DNA of 31,002 nt from an uncultured archaeon (GCA_964354495.1 CAYHAA010000022.1:1-31002); one strand, 5' to 3'; positions 16,049 through 25,268 are shown, numbered from the stretch's first letter. The notes: generated by a model from the sequence alone, not told the origin. Numbers and translations: made by a program.

Positions 16049-17266
16049 TTGTCACAGAAAAGAGGCAAGAAAGCGTTCGTGCCGGCTGGAATTGGCGCCG
16101 ACAGAATCGTCCTGGACTTTGAGCACTTCGGTGGCGGAAAGAACTGCCAGACGAGTTCGATGGTCCGTCTGATGCACCATATGGGATATGATATCAGTGA
16201 GCCAATGCTTGTCGGAATCTCTGCAGGATTGGGATTCATCTACTGGTTCATGAAGAACATGCCGTATCCCATCGTAGGCGGTATGAATAGAGCTGACTGT
16301 CGTCAGTTCCCAGGCATTCTTGGAAAGGCTGCACGACGGCTTGGCGGTGACTTTGAGTCTATCCTGACAAAGAATGTTGCAAAGGCGCACCTGTTCCTCA
16401 AGGACACACTTGAGCATGACCAGCCAGGACTTGTCTGTGTTGACATGGCATATCTCGACCACCTACTCACTGGCGAGGAGGACCACTTTGGAGAGCACAA
16501 CTTCTTAGTCTACGGAATTGATGAGCCAAAGGATCTTGCCTATATCTCTGACCGCTTTGATGGTATTGTGACAATGAGCCTTGCTCAACTGCAGAAGGCT
16601 CGTGCATCTGAGTACAGGCCGTTCCCTGCCATGAACCAGATGGTCCGATTCTCATTTCCCCCAAAACTTACTGCAGTGAGAGAGGTCATCCCCGCGGCTA
16701 TACGGGAGAATGTGAATGCGCTCCTCAATCCTCCCATCTCGAATGTGGGAGTCAAGGGAATCAAGAAGTGGTGTGTTGAACTCAGCAAATATCCGAAGAT
16801 TATCCCTGAACCCAGGAATCTAGCACATGCGCTGGTAATGCACTACGTCTACATCGAAACTGGAGGGTCCGGAGGCGCAATCTTCAGACAGATCTACAGA
16901 GATTTCTTGGAAGAGGCAGGTCTAATCATGAAGAATGATCGTATTCTCAAGGCTGGCGAGAAGTTTGAAGAGATAGTCCGCCTCTGGAAGGATATTGCCT
17001 GCGCTCTCTTGCCTGATGAGATGCCGGCACTAGCTGAACTCAGAAAGATACAGTGGGCAGTCAATGAGGAGTTCGAATCAAAGGGTGTCAAGGCGCTTGA
17101 TCGGGCGCGCAGACTAGCAGAGAGGGTTCCCTCTTTGCTTGATGAGGCAGCAGCGTCTGAGATTCCCCATTTCCTCGAGTTCGTCCCTCGAGTACAGAGT
17201 CTTCTCGAGGAGGTCGGTGATATGGAACGTGAGACTATGCTCAATCTAGCTAAAGCTGTCAGCTAG
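16049..17266 (+). CDS. BtrH N-terminal domain / DUF4872 protein (papain-like fold)
   Basis: KNCQTS (Cys), SEPMLVGISAGLGFIY, CVDMAYL, FGEHNFLVYGID (His), YISDR (Asp), C-terminal GGSGGAIFRQIYRDFLEEA; 4 nt after the padR stop. Confidence 0.8.
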   Translation: MSQKRGKKAFVPAGIGADRIVLDFEHFGGGKNCQTSSMVRLMHHMGYDISEPMLVGISAGLGFIYWFMKNMPYPIVGGMNRADCRQFPGILGKAARRLGGDFESILTKNVAKAHLFLKDTLEHDQPGLVCVDMAYLDHLLTGEEDHFGEHNFLVYGIDEPKDLAYISDRFDGIVTMSLAQLQKARASEYRPFPAMNQMVRFSFPPKLTAVREVIPAAIRENVNALLNPPISNVGVKGIKKWCVELSKYPKIIPEPRNLAHALVMHYVYIETGGSGGAIFRQIYRDFLEEAGLIMKNDRILKAGEKFEEIVRLWKDIACALLPDEMPALAELRKIQWAVNEEFESKGVKALDRARRLAERVPSLLDEAAASEIPHFLEFVPRVQSLLEEVGDMERETMLNLAKAVS

Positions 17267-17458
17267 CAGCGATGAATGACCTGCCACATCCGACTTATGC
17301 TGGGCCATGAGAGTCCGTTTGGGAAACAGAGGTGTATAGCCAGAGGTTCATTCCATCAATGGTTTTTTATCGGTTTCAGGCGAACTGAAGAGCGGCTGCT
17401 GTTGGGCGTGGACTCACACAGAAAATTGCAGTTCAACATACTTTGATGGTGTTGTCTA

Positions 17459-18955
17459 TTGGAGAGAAGTCTAGGAATCATCAGCGTCTTTGAGAAAGAA
17501 GGAATAGTTGACTTCTGCAGAGGCATATCCTCACATTATCAGTTCATCAGCACTGGAAAGACTGCAACACTCCTTGAGACTGCCAAAATCCCTGTCAAAA
17601 CAGTTTCAAGCCTGACGAGCTATCCCGAAATACTGGACGGACGAGTAAAGACGCTTCACCCAGTGGTGCTAGGCGGCATCCTCGGAACAGAAGAACAACA
17701 GAAGGAACTGGAGAAACTGGGAATACAGCCCTTTGGACTTGTGGTCGTCAACCTGTATCCGTTTGAGCAGGTCATCTCGAAACCGCATGATTTCATGGAT
17801 GCACTCGAGAACATAGACATCGGGGGAGTGACGCTTCTTCGAGCTGCTGGAAAGAACTACCGAGAGGTCATAGTCGTTTCATCTCCAGAGGACTACACCA
17901 CAGTTGCAGAAGCAATCACTGCCGATGATGTAACCCCGGAACTTCGAAAGAACCTTGCCCGGAAGGCGTTTGCAGAGACTGCCAGATACGACGCGGCAAT
18001 AAACCGGTATCTCTCCTCTGATGAGCAGTTTCCCCCAGATTTTCTGCTAGCCTTCGAGAATCCCCAGGTCCTGCGATATGGAGAGAATTCACATCAGGAG
18101 GCTAGGTACTATCTCACACGTGGCAAACAGCCATTCTACAGACAGGTCCACGGGAGGAGTGTCTCATTCAACAATGTGGTGGACTTCTATGCGGCAATCG
18201 GTGCATTGTCAGAGCATAAGCGACCATCTTGTGCAATAATCAAACACACTAGTCCATGCGGGTTTGCCTCCGCTGATGATGTTGAAACTGCCTACGACTG
18301 TGCACTTGCCACTGATACCCTCTCTGCGTTTGGTTCGGTCGTGGGTTTCAATCAGCCAGTAACGGAGAGTCTTGCCTCGAAACTTCATGCAGTGTTTGTT
18401 GACGCGATAATTGCCCCCGCATATGAGGAAGGTTCGTTTCAGACTCTTATCAAGAAGCCCAAGCTCATACTCTGTACTTTCGATGACACTAGGACTCCCG
18501 AGCTATCTCTAAGACTTGTTCCCAATGGTGTTCTGGTTCAAGAAAGGGACAGCCACATCATCTCAAAGAAAGACCTGAAGGTTGTTTCAAAGAAGTCACC
18601 CTCCATTCAACAACTAAAAGATCTCCTCTTCGCTTGGAAAGTCGTCAAGTATGTAAAGTCCAATGCTGCTGTGATAAGTGAAAGTGAAGGAACCCTTGGC
18701 ATTGGGATGGGGCAGCCCTCCAGAATTGGCGCAGTCGAACTGGCATTGAAACGAGCAGGTCAGCATGCTGAGGGAGCAGTAATGGCATCAGATGGTTTCT
18801 TCCCATATCGCGACTCTGTTGATGCCGCGGTAAAGAAGGGTGTCACCGCGATTATTGCACCTAGCGGGTCAATACGAGACAATGAATCGATCGAGGCTGC
18901 AGATGAGGCTGGCATTTCGCTCGTTTGGTCCGCATATCGAGCCTTTCTGCATTGA
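17459..18955 (+). CDS. purH: bifunctional AICAR transformylase / IMP cyclohydrolase
   Basis: ISTGKTA, GRVKTLHP, VVVNLYPF, ENIDIGG, LRYGENSHQ, IIKHTSPCG, VKSNA, GMGQPSR, ASDGFFP. Confidence 0.96.
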   Translation: MERSLGIISVFEKEGIVDFCRGISSHYQFISTGKTATLLETAKIPVKTVSSLTSYPEILDGRVKTLHPVVLGGILGTEEQQKELEKLGIQPFGLVVVNLYPFEQVISKPHDFMDALENIDIGGVTLLRAAGKNYREVIVVSSPEDYTTVAEAITADDVTPELRKNLARKAFAETARYDAAINRYLSSDEQFPPDFLLAFENPQVLRYGENSHQEARYYLTRGKQPFYRQVHGRSVSFNNVVDFYAAIGALSEHKRPSCAIIKHTSPCGFASADDVETAYDCALATDTLSAFGSVVGFNQPVTESLASKLHAVFVDAIIAPAYEEGSFQTLIKKPKLILCTFDDTRTPELSLRLVPNGVLVQERDSHIISKKDLKVVSKKSPSIQQLKDLLFAWKVVKYVKSNAAVISESEGTLGIGMGQPSRIGAVELALKRAGQHAEGAVMASDGFFPYRDSVDAAVKKGVTAIIAPSGSIRDNESIEAADEAGISLVWSAYRAFLH

Positions 18956-19002
18956 GGATTGAAACGTGTAATCTTTAATAAAAGCATAAGCGAGGGAGCA
19001 AT

Positions 19003-19332
19003 ATGGCAGATTTGAAGATTGATGAAATCGTTGTTGGAACTGGAGCCTCTCCAACAAAAGGCAAGACGGTCATAGTTCATTACACTGGTTGGCTCTTGAA
19101 TGGGAAGAAATTCGACAGCTCTGTCGATAGAGGTAAGCCTTTTGAATTTCGGATCGGTGTTGGTCAGGTCATTCAAGGCTGGGATCAAGGCGTTATGTCA
19201 ATGAAGATTGGGGGAAAGAGAAGATTGACGATTCCTCCACAACTTGCCTATGGATCTCGAAATGTTGGAGATGGGTTGATACCCCCGAATTCAACACTGA
19301 TCTTTGAGGTCGAATTGCTAGGGGTGAAGTAG
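19003..19332 (+). CDS. FKBP-type peptidyl-prolyl cis-trans isomerase (single domain)
   Basis: VHYTG, KFDSS, PFEF, QVIQGWD, LTIPPQLAYG, IPPNSTLIFEVELL. Confidence 0.97.
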   Translation: MADLKIDEIVVGTGASPTKGKTVIVHYTGWLLNGKKFDSSVDRGKPFEFRIGVGQVIQGWDQGVMSMKIGGKRRLTIPPQLAYGSRNVGDGLIPPNSTLIFEVELLGVK

Positions 19333-19349
19333 TAGCGTTTTGGCAGGGA

Positions 19350-19682
19350 CTAGAATAGTCCCTGTTCCTTCTTCCGTTTTTGTACCTCGCGAATGGTCTC
19401 GGCAAAGGCCTTCGCTTTGCTCACCTTCGCCTCGGTTGGGTCTGCTCTCGTGGCTCTATCGAATGAGTAGGCCGCCTTGATCTTGTACAGATTGGCTCTG
19501 GAGTAGTTTCCTTCGCCCTCAATCTGCGAGCCCAGCAGATTGCAGGCATTCGCCAGTGCCCACCAAGCATCAAAGGAGGAGGGATTCAGACTCGTTGATT
19601 GGTCGAAGGCCTCAATTGCGTCTTCTATTCGACCAGCCATCATGGCCTTCTGTCCTCGCTCAAACCACTCCTTTGCATCCAA
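19350..19682 (-). CDS. small TPR protein
   Basis: WFERGQKAMMAGRIEDAIEAFDQSTSLNP...AWWALANA; TTG start with aggagg upstream. Confidence 0.85.
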   Translation of the reverse strand: MDAKEWFERGQKAMMAGRIEDAIEAFDQSTSLNPSSFDAWWALANACNLLGSQIEGEGNYSRANLYKIKAAYSFDRATRADPTEAKVSKAKAFAETIREVQKRKKEQGLF

Positions 19683-19859
19683 TACTGTGACCCTCCTGAT
19701 GATTGGGCCTTCTCTCTCATAAGCTTAAGGCTCACTCATGAGATAGCATTCCGCGGTTTCTTGGCTTCGACAATCTAGGACTCAATACCTCGACTTCACT
19801 CACAATTCACGAGGGAATTCATCATATCTTGGCTGTAAAGCAGATTCGATGGCTGAGGA

Positions 19860-20723
19860 GTGAAAATGAAGTACGGAATCAATATTCCCAACTTTGGCTG
19901 GTTCGGAGATATTGACACGCTTGTCGAGTTTGGCACTCAGGTTGAAGATAGTGGGTGGGACGGACTCTTCCTGTGGGACCATCTACTTGTGTTCGAGCAA
20001 GAGGATAGGGTGCTACCCTTTGCTGATCCGTGGATTGCATTAACTGCAATAGCATGTAGGACGAAGAGAATACGCCTCGGTCCACTAGTCACACCACTAC
20101 CAAGAAGGAGACCCTGGAAAATAGCAAGAGAGGCTCTGACGCTTGATCATCTATCAAAAGGACGTCTTACCTTGGGTGTTGGAATTGGGTCCCCCCCAGA
20201 TGTTGAGTTCGGCTATTTTGGTGAGGAGAGCAACGCCAAGACTCGCGCGCAGAAGCTTGACGAGAGCTTGGACATCATCACTGGATTGTGGTCTGGAGAA
20301 CCCTTCTCGTACGACGGCACACACTACCATCTCAAGAGGATGACATTTCTCCCCAAGCCCAAGCAGACTCCGCGAATTCCCATTTGGGTTGGCGGAAGCG
20401 TACCCTTCAAGGCTCCGTTCCGAAGAGCCGCTCACTACGATGGTGTGGCGCCAGTCCACTCACGATGGCCTGAGAAAATCACTCCAAGAGATCTCCATGA
20501 TATACTTGAGATCATCCGAGATGAGAGAGGAAGTCTGAACAACTATGATGTAGTTGTCTGCGGTGAAACATCTGGAAAAGACTCTCTCAGAGACGCTGAG
20601 ATGGTCAGACCCTGGCTAGAGCTCGGGGCAAACTGGTGGCTTGAGGATATTCACGGCCTACGTGCAGGGATTGATGAACTCCGAATCAGAATCAGAGATG
20701 GACCCCCAATCATTGATGACTGA
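19860..20723 (+). CDS. LLM-class (luciferase-like) flavin-dependent oxidoreductase
   Basis: GWDGLFLWDH, DPWIALTAIA..T.RIRLG.LVTP..RRRP, LDHLSKGR..LGVG.G, PIWVGG. Start GTG 19860 or ATG 19866. Confidence 0.92.
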   Translation: MKMKYGINIPNFGWFGDIDTLVEFGTQVEDSGWDGLFLWDHLLVFEQEDRVLPFADPWIALTAIACRTKRIRLGPLVTPLPRRRPWKIAREALTLDHLSKGRLTLGVGIGSPPDVEFGYFGEESNAKTRAQKLDESLDIITGLWSGEPFSYDGTHYHLKRMTFLPKPKQTPRIPIWVGGSVPFKAPFRRAAHYDGVAPVHSRWPEKITPRDLHDILEIIRDERGSLNNYDVVVCGETSGKDSLRDAEMVRPWLELGANWWLEDIHGLRAGIDELRIRIRDGPPIIDD

Positions 20724-20852
20724 ATTTCGACAGAGCCTTCATTGGACGACATGAGCACCCTTTCGCGAAGACAGCAAGCGCTTGTAGAATCAGAACAATA
20801 AGCTGCGCTGAACCTCATCTTAAATACTGACCAGCATACCGGAGATGAAGCT

Positions 20853-21638
20853 ATGAGCTCTGCAAATAAGGCCCAGGTCATTGCTCTCATAGCCATTCTT
20901 GGCGTTGCTGCGTTTGGCTCTATCATATTAATGGTCCAATTCTTGCCGACTGATTCTACAGGCGGCACCATAAAGCTCACCCTGCTTGAGAATGCTGGTG
21001 TGATGATAGAGGCCGATGGGCTACGAATCTATATCGACCCAATAGAACTGCCCTCCAACTACTCTGAACTCCCAGCAGATGCGGTGTTGATTACGCATCC
21101 CCATGGAGATCATTACAATAGCACTATCATTGATATGCTTCTGAAGGCAGGCACTAAGATCATCATGCCATCGAATATGTCCGCCGAAGTGACTGCATAC
21201 GGCGCTGTGGGAGTCGTTCCTGGAGAAAGCGTTCTTGTTGGTACTATCAATATCACTGCATTCTACATGTACACCACTGCTCCTGAGGGATTTGATCCGA
21301 GTCATCCCAGAGATGCGAACTGGACAAGCTACATCATTGACATCAATGGGTTTACAATCTTCCACGCGGGAGACTCTAAGAACATAACCGAATACACCCA
21401 ACTGGCTGGAACTATCGATGTTGCTCTTCTCCCTCTTGGACCGGGGTGTCAGTCAATGACTGGAATGGAAGTTGTCGATGCCATTGCCAAATTACAGGCT
21501 GGATACTTCATTCCAATTCATGCGTCGGATTTGAATGCTGAGCTGTTCGTAAATGCATACGAGGATGAGATTGCCGATGTTTCTGACTGTATTCCCCTCT
21601 GGCTCGAGCATTTTTCGTCCTACATCTTTGATCCATAG
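20853..21638 (+). CDS. membrane-anchored/exported MBL-fold metallo-hydrolase
   Basis: N-terminal hydrophobic helix VIALIAILGVAAFGSIILMVQFL; IYIDP, THPHGDH, FHAGDS, FIPIH. Confidence 0.88.
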   Translation: MSSANKAQVIALIAILGVAAFGSIILMVQFLPTDSTGGTIKLTLLENAGVMIEADGLRIYIDPIELPSNYSELPADAVLITHPHGDHYNSTIIDMLLKAGTKIIMPSNMSAEVTAYGAVGVVPGESVLVGTINITAFYMYTTAPEGFDPSHPRDANWTSYIIDINGFTIFHAGDSKNITEYTQLAGTIDVALLPLGPGCQSMTGMEVVDAIAKLQAGYFIPIHASDLNAELFVNAYEDEIADVSDCIPLWLEHFSSYIFDP

Positions 21639-21657
21639 CCGCAGATAGTGTAGTAGA

Positions 21658-21709
21658 GAGCTGATGGGTTCTGGTTTCTGTCAGCTCCCGCCCTCTTTCT
21701 CTCTTCTCC
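21658..21709 (+). terminator. putative terminator (hairpin + pyrimidine tract)
   Basis: gagctga...tcagctc stem (21658-21687) followed by ccgccctctttctctcttctcc, 19 nt after the stop of 20853-21638. Confidence 0.4.
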
Positions 21710-21814
21710 GTTGAATTGTCCCCGAAATGGTGTTTCTGCTCTTAGTCCGAAGACAAAACACTCATATGAGTGCATCTGGAAACGTGCATGATTGATGCTT
21801 CAGAGGACTTGGCG

Positions 21815-22504
21815 ATGAACGATAGGAATCGAATTCCAGAAAAACGACCCATACTCTTTGAGCTCTTCTGTCCCAAGTGTGGTGGCTCGTTATATGCCAT
21901 CAGTGAAGAGGAGCTCTATGTGGGTCGGAACGAGCACAACAGCAGTCCTGCAGGATTCACGATAACCAAACTGGAATGTGTGCTCTGTCGCAACGAATTC
22001 CCCATCGATGGCATTGGTCTCAAATACGAGAAGAGCATCGCAGATGAATTAGGCTGGCCATTCGTAGAACCGATACCGGATGGTCCTAGTGCAATCCCAG
22101 AACACGTGGAACAGAGGATGAGAACGCGAGAACAAGAACCTGATCCACAGGGCAAATTCATCGAGGACCACTATGCTGATCATCACAACCGCAGTCCCAT
22201 GCCCCTTGAGAGGGAAGTCCTTCAGTTTGTTCTGAAACAGCGAGGTCAATTGATTGAAGGTGGAACTTTGCTGGAGAATATTGCAGTTCCGAATGGTGAG
22301 GATTCATACAATGTTCAAATCACTGCAGTCAGTACGAGATTCGGATTGAGTCGAAGGTGTCTATCGCGGGTAGTCCAGGTTTCGGATTACTCCGAGGGAG
22401 ATATCATCGAGTCTAGCGTGAAGGCAGACGACGGATCGATACTTCTTAATTACTACATCGTTAATAGTAAGACGTTCCAACCCATAGCGAGAAAGAGAAA
22501 ATAA
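21815..22504 (+). CDS. hypothetical protein with N-terminal Zn-ribbon
   Basis: FCPKCGG...LECVLC; start uncertain (21770 in the track, ATG 21815 preferred). Confidence 0.7.
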   Translation: MNDRNRIPEKRPILFELFCPKCGGSLYAISEEELYVGRNEHNSSPAGFTITKLECVLCRNEFPIDGIGLKYEKSIADELGWPFVEPIPDGPSAIPEHVEQRMRTREQEPDPQGKFIEDHYADHHNRSPMPLEREVLQFVLKQRGQLIEGGTLLENIAVPNGEDSYNVQITAVSTRFGLSRRCLSRVVQVSDYSEGDIIESSVKADDGSILLNYYIVNSKTFQPIARKRK

Positions 22505-22613
22505 AGCCTGCAATCTCGACTTCGCCCCATCCAGTCTACGTCCCTCAAGGAAGAGATGCATCTCAGCGTGTGCTCAGTTGCCTGTCTGGTTGGAGCTAGA
22601 AACTACAGGCCTT

Positions 22614-22733
22614 CTACCTTCTGAATGAGGCTCTATAGAGCTCGGTACGTACATCACCCTTGAAGTTTCTGAACCTGCCTATAGTTGCCTCGTCAATGAC
22701 AGTTTCTTTCTTGACTCTTTTCGCCAATGCCAA
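22614..22733 (-). CDS. putative 39-aa basic microprotein (not in ORF track)
   Basis: GGTGA 6 nt upstream of TTG; hand translation MALAKRVKKETVIDEATIGRFRNFKGDVRTELYRASFRR-stop. Confidence 0.3.
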   Translation of the reverse strand: MALAKRVKKETVIDEATIGRFRNFKGDVRTELYRASFRR

Positions 22734-23060
22734 TAGATTTCACCAATACCCATGAGTCCGCAAAGGGATATCTAGTCACGCCAACTGCTCCTTGTAACTA
22801 TGTGCAGAATGAACTGACCAATTTGCCAAAATCGGAAACAGCAGGTTCGGAAAAATGCAATCAACCGCGTTTGTTTCGTCTGAGCCATCAGATGTAGTCC
22901 ATAATGTGCATATTCGGCTTGGATTTCCTATTCCCATAGACCCTAAGAAAGAGTCCTTTGTGTTGGTTCTGGCACTCATCTCTAGTGTGGTTGAAATGCA
23001 CCGCCTTCGTCGGTTCTTCCCAGCAAAATGCACGTCGTACAGCATTGCGAAGTGATTGAC

Positions 23061-23753
23061 TCATACGCCCAATAGCAGCGTTTCCACTATGAAGAAGAAG
23101 AAAGAAGCATTGCCGATGTAGAAGACCATCACTGAGAACGCTCCTATGATCATCATCCATATCGGCCTCTCTCTCACGATATTATAGCAGATGAAAACTG
23201 ACAGTCCTAGGATCAGTTCTGGGAGAATGATGTAGATGGCCAAGTTGCCTATCATGCCGCTCACTGTAGCTGACCATGAAGGAAGACTGACCAATGTCAA
23301 CTCTGCGAGAGCGAAGATGAGCACTGAGAGAATCGACACAGTACCGTACGCGATTTTCACTGACCTCCTCTTTTGAAGCTCTCTTCCAATGAAGACGATG
23401 ATGAAGAAGGGAATTACCCAGAGCCCTGCCATATAGACGGGAATCGAACCACCTATCATCGGAAATCCGTCATCTGGAAACTGCAGAGCTCCCAATGTAT
23501 CTGCCAGAAACCAGTCTGGAAACATCATTAGAAGGCTTAGGATGAAGGTGAAAACCCAGATTCTCTTCCACTCGTCATACCCCCCTAGGTAGGATACAAT
23601 GACGATCATTCCACTATAAATTATGACTACGACAAGTAGCTTCACACTGATGGCCGCCTGAAAAGGAATGAGTAGAGTCGTGGCTGCGATTATGGCGAAT
23701 ATGAGGTGTGTACCAAGGAAGTCCCTGATTAGTTTCTCCTTGAGGACTTGCAT
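23061..23753 (-). CDS. polytopic membrane protein (DUF6989-like)
   Basis: About 6-7 hydrophobic segments; PDWFL..LG.L.FP..G...IGG.IP.YMAGLW.IP motif recalled from that family. Confidence 0.8.
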   Translation of the reverse strand: MQVLKEKLIRDFLGTHLIFAIIAATTLLIPFQAAISVKLLVVVIIYSGMIVIVSYLGGYDEWKRIWVFTFILSLLMMFPDWFLADTLGALQFPDDGFPMIGGSIPVYMAGLWVIPFFIIVFIGRELQKRRSVKIAYGTVSILSVLIFALAELTLVSLPSWSATVSGMIGNLAIYIILPELILGLSVFICYNIVRERPIWMMIIGAFSVMVFYIGNASFFFFIVETLLLGV

Positions 23754-23999
23754 GATTATTCGTCCTGTTTTACGAACCTATAAACTGTGGGAAAAGCATG
23801 GCATGAAGACAGTAGCGGCCGGTAGTAACAGCGTAAGAGCAGGGGCGTGAGTCACAAGGGAGTGTTGCAGAGAATGTGACCTGCTTGCCTCCTAGCTCCC
23901 TACGGCCATATCGAGCTGTTGGCAAGAATCTCACTCTCACTGATGTAAGAAAGTAATCGTATCGGAAAGCTATTGAATAAGCACTGCGAGCCTGTCGCC

Positions 24000-24441
24000 A
24001 TGTCTGAGGAAGAGCACAAATATGTTATTGGAAGTAGATGGGTCAAAGAGACGATTGTGACAATAGAGATTGACGGTGAAGAGGGTATTCGGGTGGCAAC
24101 TCCACCTGATTTTTGGACCAGGAGGTCCTATGGGCATACTGTCTCCTGAGGACTTGTTTGTCGCCTCTGCAGTTTCCTGCTACGGAGTCTCGCTATCTGG
24201 CATATCTGAGAGGTTTCATGCCGGTTTCAAAGACTTCCATCTCACTGGAACTGGAACACTCCAGAAGAGCGAATCTGGTTGGGAGTTCACGCAGATTGCC
24301 ATTAGTGCCACCATCACGGTTTCTAGCGACGATGATAGAAAGAAGATGGCAAAAGCTGCTGAGCGTGCGCACTCGTATTGCATTGTTGCTAATTCAATGA
24401 AGTGCCCAGTCCATCTTGACTATAAGATCATTGTCGGATGA
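24000..24441 (+). pseudogene. OsmC/Ohr-family protein split by a +1 frameshift near 24110-24117
   Basis: ATG 24000 reads MSEEEHKYVIGSRW...IRVATPPDF and stops at 24149; the +1 frame continues GPGGPMGILSPEDLFVASAVSC...AHSYCIVANSMKC with both OsmC cysteines. The joined product is about 146 aa. Confidence 0.8.
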
Positions 24442-24450
24442 CTCTAAGAA

Positions 24451-24825
24451 TCACATCTGAGGCAGCGGAATTTCAACTGTGTACACCTTTCCGCACTGGC
24501 AGTCGAGTTTGACTGACCAACGTTTTGGCAGAGGCACATTGAATTCCTTTACTACTTCGGAGAGGCTGTTCTTGATGCCGCTGATAAGCTTCACATATGC
24601 ACCTGCTAATGTGGTCAGCTCATGAGGGAAGTCGAGATCCGATAAGAAATACTTGAATGCATTATTGCAGTGCGGACATGCAGTGAGCAGCAGGTTCGTA
24701 GTATCTCCGCATTTCGGGCAAATAGTCTCGTTCCTGCTCATCTTTGGAGCCATAGGCATTTCTAGGGTCAAATCGTTTTGGTGACCACAGACATAACAGA
24801 AGTAGCGCAATGGCAGTTTCGGCAT
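24451..24825 (-). CDS. multi-zinc-finger hypothetical protein
   Basis: CYVC, CPKC, CPHC and CQC motifs in 124 aa; GGTGAGG upstream. Confidence 0.8.
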   Translation of the reverse strand: MPKLPLRYFCYVCGHQNDLTLEMPMAPKMSRNETICPKCGDTTNLLLTACPHCNNAFKYFLSDLDFPHELTTLAGAYVKLISGIKNSLSEVVKEFNVPLPKRWSVKLDCQCGKVYTVEIPLPQM

Positions 24826-24917
24826 AATGATTCATTCCTCACCTGCTATGAAGAATAGTCATATCCTGCTAAAAGCCTAGCTGAAATGTATCGAGTGTGA
24901 TGTGCATGTGTGATTGA

Positions 24918-25148
24918 TTACTTTTGAAGCGAAATTGTGGTTGCATTCAGAATATCTGTATCACCCACAGACTCCAATTCAATCGCAACTCTTGCTCCGG
25001 GGTCAAGTGTATCATACTTTGTGAAGGCTGTCACTTTTACTTTGATGTGTTCATTATCCTGCGTTTCGATACTTAAGTAGCCATAGTGTTTCTTTCCCAT
25101 CACGCTGATGTTAGCAGCGACAATCGTGCCTATCACCATTCTCTGCAA
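24918..25148 (-). CDS. small beta-rich (OB-fold-like) protein, paralog of 25269-25559
   Basis: GTIV...YGYLSIET..NEHIKVKV..FTKYDTLDPGARV; GGTGA upstream of TTG. Confidence 0.75.
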   Translation of the reverse strand: MQRMVIGTIVAANISVMGKKHYGYLSIETQDNEHIKVKVTAFTKYDTLDPGARVAIELESVGDTDILNATTISLQK

Positions 25149-25268
25149 GAGTCTTTCACCGTCGTGTGCGCCATGCAGTAAGTCATATGACGTATCCTAT
25201 TCTGGCATCCTCTGTGAAAGTGGTCAATTGCTCCCGACTATTGTACTATTGATGTGCCAAGTGCGTTT

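Noticed and set aside
17267-17458. ZMP/ZTP riboswitch upstream of purH
   Set aside because: The conserved GACUGGCG...GGGGAGC and CGCCUGGGC segments could not be found.
20651-20980. 109-aa minus-strand ORF with a hydrophobic stretch
   Set aside because: It overlaps two well-supported plus-strand genes in antisense.
25240-25248. Half-site of the PadR palindrome (attgtacta) upstream of the small OB-like gene
   Set aside because: A single 9-bp match is expected by chance in 31 kb on two strands, and there is no partner half-site.
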